A DNA stretch of 64,000 nt, taken from positions 709,275-773,274 of the forward strand of contig OY761459.1 of NCBI GenBank assembly GCA_963664485.1. The letters are read 5' to 3'. Source of the stretch: Syntrophales bacterium. Its GTDB lineage: Bacteria; Desulfobacterota; Syntrophia; Syntrophales; UBA2210. Below, one piece after another: positions 51,745-61,487 of the stretch (position 1 is its first letter; every line of letters begins with the position of its first letter). Below the pieces are notes generated by a model that was given only the letters and a program-made list of their open reading frames with translations, was not told the origin of the DNA and did no database searches. A program made the translations under genes and the position numbers.

Positions 51745-52187
51745 AAAAAAGGATCAAAGTAGGAATAATCATTTGTGACCGCTACCGGAGGTGCGCAGGA
51801 GGAAAATGTTTCAGATCACTAAGGAACAGAGAAGGCGCGTTCAGCCGGTACAAAGATATGGAAGTTGAAGCCGTCGGCTATACAAGCTGTGACGGATGTC
51901 CCGGCGGCAATATCGAATATGCCGTGGATGAGATGATGAAGAACGGGGCGAATGCGATACACTTTGCCACCGGATTGATTGTGGGATATCCGCCATGCCC
52001 TTATATCAGGTATTTTCATGATTTTATCGAAAAGAGATACGGAATCGATGTCATCTATGGCACCCACCCCATACCGCAGAAGTACCTTATTATGCATAAT
52101 CAACTGGGGACATGGAATGATCCCGAATGGGAAAAGATTATACAACCGACATTGACGGACGAGGAAACCCGTCTCGCCTATGATTAA
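51741..52187 (+). CDS. CGGC-domain protein
   Basis: MKKRIKVGIIICDRYRRCAGGKCFRSL...YTSCDGCPGG.. shows the CGGC-domain Cys pattern. An ATGA overlap links it to the OYE gene. The tracked start at 51711 is discounted. Confidence 0.7.
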   Translation: MKKRIKVGIIICDRYRRCAGGKCFRSLRNREGAFSRYKDMEVEAVGYTSCDGCPGGNIEYAVDEMMKNGANAIHFATGLIVGYPPCPYIRYFHDFIEKRYGIDVIYGTHPIPQKYLIMHNQLGTWNDPEWEKIIQPTLTDEETRLAYD

Positions 52188-52229
52188 TGAACCACCATTG
52201 CCTGCCGTGCCGGATCGCCGCAGTAAACA

Positions 52230-52258
52230 GTCTCATGCCCTGTGAGAGGGCATGAGAC
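52230..52258. terminator. Hairpin between the convergent CGGC and nuclease genes (no U-tract)
   Basis: GTCTCATGCCCT-gtgag-AGGGCATGAGAC is a perfect 12-bp stem. Confidence 0.45.
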
Positions 52259-52263
52259 AGATC

Positions 52264-53754
52264 TTAACCGTCTTTCACCCGTAATTTCCTGACCCCTTCC
52301 AGAAGCACCCTCATCGCGGTACAATCATCTTCGTTATAATCAAGGATTCTCTGCCTGATATCGGGATCGCCGCTTTCCGTCCAGCGATGGTACCACTCTA
52401 TGGACGCGGCTCCCGACGGGTTGGAATCGCGCCATGAGAAACCAAGGTATGAGGCAAGTGTCTTGATTGAAAAATCATGCGTCGGCCATTCGGTTTTCGG
52501 GCGAATAACGTGATGATAAAGATCGACGGACCGACCCGGATCGAATAAATCCTCGACTTCATCTGCGGACATCACACGGGGATATTTTTTCCGAAGCATG
52601 CGCCATACCGTCCTTTCATAGGCTGAATAGTAATAGATCACGCAGGGCCGGCTGCTTTTGATATAGTCCCACGCTCCGGCGAATTGCCTCTCTTCTTCTC
52701 CTTCCGATGGTTCCGACGCGAGAAAAGCGATATAGCGTTCCGTTCGATTGTCTCCGTTGCTTCTTTCTACAAATCCATGTAAATAGCAAATATCCCTCAT
52801 GGGATCGGTCTCGATATCGAAAAATAATTCCCTGTCAGCTTCCGGCAGATACAACCCCTCTTTTAAATAGGGTTTTGCCCCTGGCTGTTTTTGAAGCTCA
52901 GCCCTCTTATGGAATTTCCTCAGCATATCCGGCCCGACCCCGCGAAAATCCGTTTTATTGCCCCTTATGAATGATTCGGGATCGGCATGCGCCAGATCCC
53001 CGATGGTAGGGAAATAACTCATCATTGCATTTCTCCGTGTCCTGCCCAACTCCGGGATGAGAGTCAGATCATCCGACTCTTTTAATCTCCGCCGGCACGC
53101 GGTATACCAGTGACACAGTTTGCATTCGCTTCCATATGCCGGAAGCGTAAGCTCCGTTCGGTCAATCAGCAGGCGGACCGTTTCCAGCGCCGTTTTGTAT
53201 TCATTCCAAAGACTCCTGGGATTTCTCGGCCCCTGAGGTGCATCCAGCTCATACGCGACTTCCCGCCCGTGAACATCCCAGATGAACGGTGTACGTCCCG
53301 CCGCAAATCCCGATCGTTCGAGTATATCCGTGTAGAGAGCGAGCTGGGCGGCGTAATGTTTTTTCGGCTTTCCGTCATGGTCTTCGCCGCCGCCCTCTTC
53401 TCCCGCACCGCTCTTTATATCACCCGCGACATAGCCGGCGGAACCTTGCTTTCTCAGGATATCAGGTTCCCCGGCCAGATCCCCGGCGGTTATCCGCCCG
53501 CCGTATATCAGCTCGTCACCACGTGCAATCGCATCCATGGTACGGCGTTTCTTTTCCTCACCATAATACAGGTGCAGGTCCGTATATGGAACATCGAGGC
53601 CGATAATAACCTCCTCTTCGAAGCAATTTCCCCTCTCCCAGAGCAGTTGCACAAAGGGATTAACAGGATCTTTCAAGGCGGGATTTTCGAACAGATCCAT
53701 CGCGACCCGGTGAGGACACCGGATGAAGTTATAAAGCATGGAAGCGGTTATCAT
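52264..53754 (-). CDS. TM0106-family RecB-like nuclease: Cas4-like PD-(D/E)xK domain with Fe-S Cys cluster, fused to a DEDD/RNase-H-fold exonuclease domain
   Basis: N-terminus: ..NFIRCPHR.., ..GEPDIL..GDIKSG.. and ..CKLCHWYTAC.. (one Cys plus three Cys, the Cas4/AddB pattern). C-terminus: ..LFFDIETDP.. and ..ILDYNEDDC.. (DEDD motifs). Confidence 0.75.
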   Translation of the reverse strand: MITASMLYNFIRCPHRVAMDLFENPALKDPVNPFVQLLWERGNCFEEEVIIGLDVPYTDLHLYYGEEKKRRTMDAIARGDELIYGGRITAGDLAGEPDILRKQGSAGYVAGDIKSGAGEEGGGEDHDGKPKKHYAAQLALYTDILERSGFAAGRTPFIWDVHGREVAYELDAPQGPRNPRSLWNEYKTALETVRLLIDRTELTLPAYGSECKLCHWYTACRRRLKESDDLTLIPELGRTRRNAMMSYFPTIGDLAHADPESFIRGNKTDFRGVGPDMLRKFHKRAELQKQPGAKPYLKEGLYLPEADRELFFDIETDPMRDICYLHGFVERSNGDNRTERYIAFLASEPSEGEEERQFAGAWDYIKSSRPCVIYYYSAYERTVWRMLRKKYPRVMSADEVEDLFDPGRSVDLYHHVIRPKTEWPTHDFSIKTLASYLGFSWRDSNPSGAASIEWYHRWTESGDPDIRQRILDYNEDDCTAMRVLLEGVRKLRVKDG

Positions 53755-53780
53755 CTTATTATACCGGTATTGCCCTGGTT

Positions 53781-55385
53781 CTACTCTTTTCCGGGAACTT
53801 TGATCCCCCGGCGTTCGAGAAGCGATCCTTCGAGCCGGTATAGCTCAATAAACGCGTTAAGGTAATTTGTAATGGCCTGAATCTCGGAAATCCGGCTCGA
53901 CAGAAGATCGCGTTGCGCCTGCGCCACGAGAAGCGTAGTCGATTTGCCGACGCGGAATTTTTCCGCTTCCACGCGTGCCTTCTCTTCCTGGAGAGTTCGA
54001 GTAGCCGCCGTGGCGGCAATCTGTTCCCTGGCGCGCTTCACTTCGATATAGGCGGACCGTACGTCCACCTGGACCAGCAGGGCAAGATTCGCAAGTGCTT
54101 CTTCGGCCTGTTCGCGGCTGAGAAGCGATTTACGTTGCATCGCCCGTGCCTCCCGGTTTACAAATGGATATTCCAGAGATATGCCTGCCAGTATATCATA
54201 TGCTTCTCCGTCAATATCGTCGACGGAACTGCCGAAAGAACCGGCGTATCCCGATCTCCCGAGATTTATGAAAAAATCCATCCTGGGAAGAAGTCCGTTC
54301 TTTGTCTTCATTAACTCCAGGTCACCACGCTCAACCTGTAACCGGGCCTGATTGATATCCGGCCTCATCCTTAACGCCACACCGACGTGAGATTCAACGT
54401 CATCCAGTTTAACCTCCGGAACAGCGGGTTGGTGAAGCAGGACAACATCGCGCTGCCATAGATTCGAACCGGTGGGATTCAATAATCGCAGAAGCTGGAG
54501 ACGGGTCTTTTCCAGATTGCTTCGCGCATTTATCAGGCCTTCGCGTCTCAAGGCTATCTCAGCCTCGGAGGCCGTCAACTCCGATTCGGCCAGGTAACCT
54601 ATTTTTATCATTTCCTCCGTTTCGTTTTTCTGCTGCTGCGCGAGTTTCAGCGACTCGAGAAAAATTTCGATCTGTCGCTGCATCAGGGCATAGTGCCAGT
54701 ATGTTTCTTCCACCTGCGCAATCAGCGCCTCCGAGAAACCACGCAGTTCGTACCGTGTCGCACGCGTGTCCAGGCGTGCCTGGCGGAGACTGGCGAGGTT
54801 GTAATCCAGGCTGTTGCCCCTGAGAAGTGCCTGTGTGACACTGATACCGATACGCGACTGATGGAGATCATCGCTGTAGAGATCAGACCATTCCTGTGTC
54901 GTGGACAGATCGACAGCGACACCGGTCCCCGTGGGTAAATATACCGAAACGCCCAGGCCAGCATTGATTTCGTTCGCCAGATATGTCCCCCCTGAAAGTT
55001 GTTCGCCCTTCGCGCGTTCTCCGGAGTATTCACCCCTCAGCACCGGATCGAACGCGGCCCGCTCTTTTTCCTCCTCCGTCCGTTTGATCTCGGGCTGTAA
55101 CGATTCCACTTTCAGGGCCCGGTTATTTTCCAGCGCCAGCAAAATGGCATCATTTATCGTCACCGCTATCGGACCTTCGGGCTTAATCACAGGAAATGCT
55201 TCACCACTGTCTTCGGCTGTCACTACATTTCTGTGCGTACGGGACGGAATAGACGACACACTGCTTTGACCGGTATCGCCCTCTTTTATGTTTTCATTCA
55301 TGGACACACAGGACGAAAGAAAAAACAACAATCCGGCGAAGAAAAATAGTATCGTTATAGTTCGTTCTAATTGCTTCGCTGCCAT
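53781..55385 (-). CDS. TolC-family outer membrane efflux protein
   Basis: 534 aa. Signal/lipoprotein-like N-terminus (FFFAGLLFFLSSC). Duplicated helical-repeat pattern. Confidence 0.85.
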   Translation of the reverse strand: MAAKQLERTITILFFFAGLLFFLSSCVSMNENIKEGDTGQSSVSSIPSRTHRNVVTAEDSGEAFPVIKPEGPIAVTINDAILLALENNRALKVESLQPEIKRTEEEKERAAFDPVLRGEYSGERAKGEQLSGGTYLANEINAGLGVSVYLPTGTGVAVDLSTTQEWSDLYSDDLHQSRIGISVTQALLRGNSLDYNLASLRQARLDTRATRYELRGFSEALIAQVEETYWHYALMQRQIEIFLESLKLAQQQKNETEEMIKIGYLAESELTASEAEIALRREGLINARSNLEKTRLQLLRLLNPTGSNLWQRDVVLLHQPAVPEVKLDDVESHVGVALRMRPDINQARLQVERGDLELMKTKNGLLPRMDFFINLGRSGYAGSFGSSVDDIDGEAYDILAGISLEYPFVNREARAMQRKSLLSREQAEEALANLALLVQVDVRSAYIEVKRAREQIAATAATRTLQEEKARVEAEKFRVGKSTTLLVAQAQRDLLSSRISEIQAITNYLNAFIELYRLEGSLLERRGIKVPGKE

Positions 55386-55388
55386 ATT

Positions 55389-58300
55389 TTACTCTTTTTC
55401 TCCCGAACGGGAAATTCCCGTACTTCTCTTCCAGACCACCCATTTATCAAAAAAGAGGTAAACCACGGGCACGATCAGCAACGTAATCAGTGTCGAACTC
55501 ATTAATCCTCCGATAACTGCGCGGGCCAGCGGTGCCTGAACTTCTCCACCTTCACCGAGACCGATAGCCAGTGGCGACATGGCGAGTATCGTTGTCATCG
55601 CAGTCATCAGTATGGGGCGCAGCCGTCGCCTGCCGCCCTCTTCGATAGCCTCCCTGAGGGGCATACCATCCCTGCGGCGGAGCAGGTTTATATGGTCCAC
55701 CAGGAGTATGGCATTGTTTACCACAATCCCGCCAAGCATGATACAGCCGATATAAGATTGAACATTGAAAGTAGTGCGGGTAATAAACAGCATTAGGATA
55801 ACCCCGATAGCGGCAAAGGGCACTGAGAACATAACAACTATCGGGTACCGTATCGATTCATACAGAGATGCCATTACCATATACACCAGCAGCAACGCCA
55901 GGATAAGACTGATCAGCAGTTCCCTGAATGCTTTCTGCTGTTCTTCATAGTCGCCTCCGAAGACGACACTGAAATTCCTCGGTATCGGGATCGAGCCAAG
56001 CCCTTCCCGAACATCGGCCAGAATAGAACCCATATCCCGGCCGCTTATATTGGCGGAAACCGTTACAACCCGCTCCTGATCCTTTCGTTCGATACGAACG
56101 GGACCGGTTTTCGACTGCACGTTTACGACGTTCCTAAGAATAACCGGTTCGCCTGCCATGTTAACCAGGGTCATATCAAGGATTTCCCGAATGTTCATTT
56201 TTTCCGCATTATCGATCTTAACACGGATATCGTACTCATCACCGCTCTCCCGGTAGCTGCCTGCCTTTGTTCCCGACAGAACTGTCTGCAGCATACCGGC
56301 AATTCCGGAAACGGTGAGCTTCATATCCGCGGCTTTGGCCCTGTCGACAAAAACAAGTTCTTCCGGACTTCCCGATTCCCTGCTGATAAGTGCGTCTGTG
56401 ACTCCCTTAACATTTTCGACAATCTGCTTTACCTGCTTTGCAATGATATCCGCAGTCTCCAGATCGTATCCCCTGATTTCGATCTGCACCTTTTCAGTGT
56501 CTTCACCGCTGAATATCCGCAGGAGAAACAGTCCCTGACCGGCACGGGTCCTTATGGTAACACCGGGCATATTCATAAGTTTCGTTCGAAGATCGGCAGC
56601 GATCTGTTCGCTGGAGCGCGTTCTGTCGGCCTTCGGCTTCAGGGCGATTTGCATTCTGCCCGTGTGGGGCCCCTGGGAACGCCCGTCCGATCCGCCTATG
56701 CTCGCTACAATATTCTTCGCTTCGGGAACTTCCCTGTTCACAACAGTTTCAATCTGCTTGAATTTTTCCCCGAGAATTTCGAGACGGGTACCCACTTCCA
56801 TTTCCGCATCTATCCGAACCTCGCCTTCGTCGGCCGAGGGCATAAACTCGACTCCTACCAGGGGGATCAACATCAGACTTGCCGCCAGGAGCAAAATCAC
56901 CGAAAGAATGACAAGCCCCGGATGATAGAGACAGCGGTGCAAGAAACGCTTGTATCCGTTTTCCATGCCTGCGAAGAAACCGGTACTCATGGCATAAATC
57001 TTTTTAAATAATAAATTCCCCGAACCAGCACCCCGCAGGTGGAGCAGCCGGGAGGACATCATGGGAACAAGGGTCAGTGCAACCAGGAGCGCGCACAACA
57101 AAGCAAAGCTGACGACAAAGGCGAGTTGTTTGAACATCACGCCGGACATGCCGCGGACAAAGACAAGGGGCAGGAAAACCGCCAGTGTCGTCAACGTGCT
57201 GGCAATAATCGCGGCCGTAACTTCGCCTGTTCCCTGCAGTGTCGCTTCTTCAGGATCCTGTCCCGATTCCCGCAACCGGTAGATATTTTCCAGCACCACG
57301 ATGGAATTATCCACCAGCATGCCAAGTCCCAGCGCCAGACCGCCCAGAGTCATGATGTTGAGAGTCAATCCTCCGAAATACATAAGGGCAAATGTAGCGA
57401 TAATTGAAATGGGGATAGACGTCGCGATAATGAATGTACTGACGATGTTACGAAGAAAAAAGAGCAGCACAAGCACGGCGAGAATGCCCCCGTACAGCGC
57501 CATGGAACCCACATTGGTAATTGAATTACGGATATAGTCAGACGTATCGATAATCGGAGTCAGGGTGATCTGCGGAATATCCCTGTTGATCCTTTCCGTC
57601 TCTTCCAACGACAGCCTTGCCACTTCCACGGTGTTCATACCGGATTGTTTTCGTACCCCGAGGCGAACCCCCGGCTTACCGTTCACAAAAATCAGGCGGG
57701 AAATCTTTTTCCAGGTATCGTCAATCCGCGCTATATCGCGAAGCTTGACTGGCGCACCTTCCCGGATGGCGACAACGGTCTCGGCAAGCTGATCGATGCT
57801 GGTATATTCGCCCAGGGTGCGCATGGTAATCTCCAGATCTCCCTGTTCTATCGTCCCCGCGGGCAATGTAACGTTGCCTTCTTCTATCCGGGAAAGGATC
57901 TGATTGATCGGCAATCCCATGGCCTTGATTTTATCGGCATCTAGGTTTACCTGGATTTCCCGTTCATAGCCGCCCCATACATCCAGTGTTGCCACACCGG
58001 GAATTCGTTCGAAACGATACTTTACCTGGTCGTCTATTATTTTGCGCATCTGCAGGGGGCTGAGTTTGCTCGAAGCGCCTAAGATAAGAATGGGAAAATT
58101 CGCGAGATCGAATTTGAGCAGCGTGGGCCTTTCGGCATCATCGGGCAACCGGGAGATGACACGGTCGAGCCGGTCACGCATATCGTTGGAGGCCGTATCG
58201 AGATCCGTCCCCCAGGAAAAGGATACACGAACGCGGCTGACCCCTTCCGAGGAAGTCGAATAAACGCTCTCGACACCGGGAACGGCGCTCATCGCCTCCT

Positions 58301-58505
58301 CGATGGGACGGGTAATAAGCTCTTCAATCTCCTGCGGGCTTGCGTCTTCATAATTGGTGCGAACCGTCAGGGTGGGATAGGTTATGTCGGGCATTAAATC
58401 GATGGGAAGGTGTGCGAGAGAAATCCCGCCAAGGACTATTACGATGAGTATCACCATTACGGTAAAAACAGGTCTGTGAACAGCAAACCGTGGGAGATTA
58501 ATCAT
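55389..58505 (-). CDS. RND efflux permease (AcrB superfamily), second system
   Basis: 1038 aa. MINLPRFAVHRPVFTVMVILIVIVLGG.. and ..GMLVDNSIVVLENIYR... 12-TM organisation. Confidence 0.92.
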   Translation of the reverse strand: MINLPRFAVHRPVFTVMVILIVIVLGGISLAHLPIDLMPDITYPTLTVRTNYEDASPQEIEELITRPIEEAMSAVPGVESVYSTSSEGVSRVRVSFSWGTDLDTASNDMRDRLDRVISRLPDDAERPTLLKFDLANFPILILGASSKLSPLQMRKIIDDQVKYRFERIPGVATLDVWGGYEREIQVNLDADKIKAMGLPINQILSRIEEGNVTLPAGTIEQGDLEITMRTLGEYTSIDQLAETVVAIREGAPVKLRDIARIDDTWKKISRLIFVNGKPGVRLGVRKQSGMNTVEVARLSLEETERINRDIPQITLTPIIDTSDYIRNSITNVGSMALYGGILAVLVLLFFLRNIVSTFIIATSIPISIIATFALMYFGGLTLNIMTLGGLALGLGMLVDNSIVVLENIYRLRESGQDPEEATLQGTGEVTAAIIASTLTTLAVFLPLVFVRGMSGVMFKQLAFVVSFALLCALLVALTLVPMMSSRLLHLRGAGSGNLLFKKIYAMSTGFFAGMENGYKRFLHRCLYHPGLVILSVILLLAASLMLIPLVGVEFMPSADEGEVRIDAEMEVGTRLEILGEKFKQIETVVNREVPEAKNIVASIGGSDGRSQGPHTGRMQIALKPKADRTRSSEQIAADLRTKLMNMPGVTIRTRAGQGLFLLRIFSGEDTEKVQIEIRGYDLETADIIAKQVKQIVENVKGVTDALISRESGSPEELVFVDRAKAADMKLTVSGIAGMLQTVLSGTKAGSYRESGDEYDIRVKIDNAEKMNIREILDMTLVNMAGEPVILRNVVNVQSKTGPVRIERKDQERVVTVSANISGRDMGSILADVREGLGSIPIPRNFSVVFGGDYEEQQKAFRELLISLILALLLVYMVMASLYESIRYPIVVMFSVPFAAIGVILMLFITRTTFNVQSYIGCIMLGGIVVNNAILLVDHINLLRRRDGMPLREAIEEGGRRRLRPILMTAMTTILAMSPLAIGLGEGGEVQAPLARAVIGGLMSSTLITLLIVPVVYLFFDKWVVWKRSTGISRSGEKE

Positions 58506-58564
58506 ATGGCACCCATCATCAGGACTGGCATCCTTCGCATGATTTCCAGCTATGGCAGTAACTT

Positions 58565-59731
58565 TTATAAGGGTTCTTTTTTCTGTTGCATTGTAATTGC
58601 AGCCCCGTCCTCGAGAAGATGCTGCCCGACGGTCACCACATATCCCGTAACGACCGGTTCAACGATTTCCGCCATATCCCCGTTGACGATACCCACCTTA
58701 ACCCGGACGAGTCTGACTTTCATCGTTTCCTTATCCGCCAGAAAGATGCTCCTCTGTCCATTGTTTTTAACCAGGGCGTTAACCGGGACAACGGTAACAT
58801 TATCATGCCGGTCAAACTCGATTTCAACACGGGCGAACATGCCGGGCTTGATAAGTTTATCCGGATTGGGAATTTCGACCTCAACCCTTGCCTGACGTGC
58901 CGCTTCCTTTAAAACAGGCGCGACCCGCCGGATAGTTCCGGTAAAGGTCCTGTCGGGATAGGCGTCGGTGATAATGAAAGCATCCTGTCCGGTCTTTACA
59001 CGAGGGTAGTCGCGTGCAATAACATGAATAATCGCGTTAAGTGTGTCGATATCAACGATCGAAACAATCGGGGCATTGGCGGCCAGCATGGATCCCTCAT
59101 CAGCGAAACGTTCACCAACGACCCTGGGTTTGCCGCCGTTCTGCCATGAAGCCCTGATGCGCGTATATTCAAGCCTGACCTGGGCGGTTTTAAGCTCCGC
59201 TTCCTTCTGAGCGACCTGGGCCTCGGCAACCTTTTGCTTGGCGAGAGCCGCTTTGTACTGAGCGTCAGCAGTATCGAGTTCCGCCTCGGAAACAATCTTC
59301 TTCTCCCTAAGGGTATTTGCCCGTTTAAACTCACGCTCCGCCAGCCCCAAGGCACTGCGGTTTTCCTCTCTGTTAGCCCGCGCGACATCCAGTTCGGCCT
59401 TCGCCTGATCGACCTGCTGGATGTATTCATCGTCGTCCAGAACAGCGATTAACTGGTCCTGTTTGACTTCATCACCGATATCGACAAATATCTTTTCCAG
59501 CCTTCCTCCGATTTTAGGAGCAACAATGAACTGGGACCCTGGTAACAGCGTGCCGCTGAAAGTCCCGACTTCTCTGATAGTCGCATTCCTGACGGGTGTC
59601 ACCTCTACCGCGACTGAAAAGTTGCTCCGGCGCACCGGATCCTTTACTGAAGAAGAAATCTTGACATACAACTGCCAACCGATCAGCGCCGTTACGATGA
59701 AGAGGATCGCAATAAAGTACTTTTTATTCAT
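58565..59731 (-). CDS. RND periplasmic adaptor (membrane fusion protein), second system
   Basis: N-terminal TM anchor, coiled-coil segment (..AKAELDVARANREEN..AQVAQKEAELKTAQVRLE..) and beta-barrel region. Confidence 0.88.
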   Translation of the reverse strand: MNKKYFIAILFIVTALIGWQLYVKISSSVKDPVRRSNFSVAVEVTPVRNATIREVGTFSGTLLPGSQFIVAPKIGGRLEKIFVDIGDEVKQDQLIAVLDDDEYIQQVDQAKAELDVARANREENRSALGLAEREFKRANTLREKKIVSEAELDTADAQYKAALAKQKVAEAQVAQKEAELKTAQVRLEYTRIRASWQNGGKPRVVGERFADEGSMLAANAPIVSIVDIDTLNAIIHVIARDYPRVKTGQDAFIITDAYPDRTFTGTIRRVAPVLKEAARQARVEVEIPNPDKLIKPGMFARVEIEFDRHDNVTVVPVNALVKNNGQRSIFLADKETMKVRLVRVKVGIVNGDMAEIVEPVVTGYVVTVGQHLLEDGAAITMQQKKEPL

Positions 59732-60084
59732 CCTGGAATTCTCATGAGTCCGGAAACAGTATTCCTATCCACAACGGTAAAGTCGTATATATCTAAGTCA
59801 TTTTCTACCAAACAGCAATCAATTTTATCCTGCCTTCATATAAAAGAAAAGAATGTTTCCAAATGATCATCATCAGGTAGAACAATGCCCGGTCCTTTGA
59901 GAAGCATCAATGATGTGACATGAATACGGGCATAGATTATAAAACCCACAATCGCCGATGGAGGGAAACATTCTCAGTGTGATATGTCGGGAAAGATTAT
60001 CAAGACAAAACAGCCATTGCAGTTCCGGTGTCGACTCCGCACGGCTGAAACATATGTAACTATGCGTTTAACATCCCGGTCATC

Positions 60085-60921
60085 TCAGTGACACGCGAAA
60101 ATCGGAATCGTCCCGGTTTCCATCAGTTTTGTTGTCCGTTTCCCGAAAATATAACGCCCTTTATCTACATAGCGACCCAGTACCACCAGCGGATGGGGAT
60201 CATATTTGCTGGCCTTCTCGAAAATAACTTCGTCGGGTTTTCCCCTGCTCCATACTTTCTCCGGATGAATTCCGTAAGTATTCAAATATTTTTCGCCGCG
60301 GTTAAGAATATATTCCCCTTCCTCCATGGAATCGGATACATTCAGGAGTACGACCTTGTATGTTTTCGGTATGTTGGGTGATAAACGTGCGTATACCCGC
60401 ATCGCCCTGGCGGACGCCGTCGATCCGCTGAAACAAATCATTATTGTTTCATGCGGCCTTACTCCTTCCGGAACAGCTATTACGGGACAGACAGGGTCAA
60501 TCAGCAGCTCCCTGATCAGATCGACACAGGGATCTTTTTTCGTTTCAAATTTGAAATAAGTTCGCAAACCCATAATAATCAGATCGGAGATTTTACCTTC
60601 TTCTTTAAAGACATCTATCGGATTCCCCAGTCTCAGATATGTTTCGTACGGCACACCTTCTTTCGCGCACTGCTTTTCAAAATCCATTATAAAGCCGGTG
60701 GTACGGTTTGAGGCGTTCTCCAGTTTGTAATCGATTGCCTTCTGAGCATAGTAATCACCGCAGACACCATATCCTACCTGGGATTTTTCAATGCCGGGAA
60801 CGTCAACGACCGCTACGCCGATGACGACTCCGCCATAGTGTTTTGCTCTGGTACATGCCCATTTGATAGCACTCATTGAATACGGGGTTCCATCCAACCC
60901 GACGAGGATACGTTGATTCAT
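60085..60921 (-). CDS. Tandem-domain universal stress protein
   Basis: Two Usp halves (MNQRILVGLDGTPYS.. and ..IMICFSGSTASARA..). 278 aa. Confidence 0.75.
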   Translation of the reverse strand: MNQRILVGLDGTPYSMSAIKWACTRAKHYGGVVIGVAVVDVPGIEKSQVGYGVCGDYYAQKAIDYKLENASNRTTGFIMDFEKQCAKEGVPYETYLRLGNPIDVFKEEGKISDLIIMGLRTYFKFETKKDPCVDLIRELLIDPVCPVIAVPEGVRPHETIMICFSGSTASARAMRVYARLSPNIPKTYKVVLLNVSDSMEEGEYILNRGEKYLNTYGIHPEKVWSRGKPDEVIFEKASKYDPHPLVVLGRYVDKGRYIFGKRTTKLMETGTIPIFACH

Positions 60922-61487
60922 TTCTATTACTCCCTTAGAACTGATATTTGACGTACTATATCAGATTATCAAGCTATTTTCACTACCTAAAACAGGAAAG
61001 GCTTTTTATAGGACTGCTGAACGCAGTGTCAAGTTTTTTTCTGCACAAGTGAAAGATGAAGTTTTTAAAATGCCGCCGGATAATGCCACAAAAGATGAGT
61101 CCCGGTGTGTAGTAAGTCTTGCCGGAGACTTTCTCGATGAAATATTCATCGCAACCCTTTTGCCTTCCAGATATGTAATATATGGTTCGTTAAGGCATTT
61201 CTCCCTTAAATATGACATAACCGGACTCTAAACAGGTAAAGTGGTGTTTTATAAATCAGAAAATCTCGTATAAAACAGAAATATCGGGGATGACGACCAT
61301 ACCTTTTGTGAGATCAAATACAGTCTCTAATTGCGGCGTATTAAGAACAATTCATTAATGATCTCTTCCAATAACGGTATTCCAAAGATTTTTTGCATTT
61401 CAGGGTTAAAGAGTTGCCTGTTCACAGTAAATTGTGTTATTAAGGCGGGTCATGTAACTTCAAGCTTATATTATTAAGAGGATGGAA

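Noticed and set aside
61232-61487. A possible T-box or other leader upstream of ileS.
   Set aside because: I found no T-box core (AGGGUGGNACCGCG-like), no specifier-loop architecture and no terminator/antiterminator pair.
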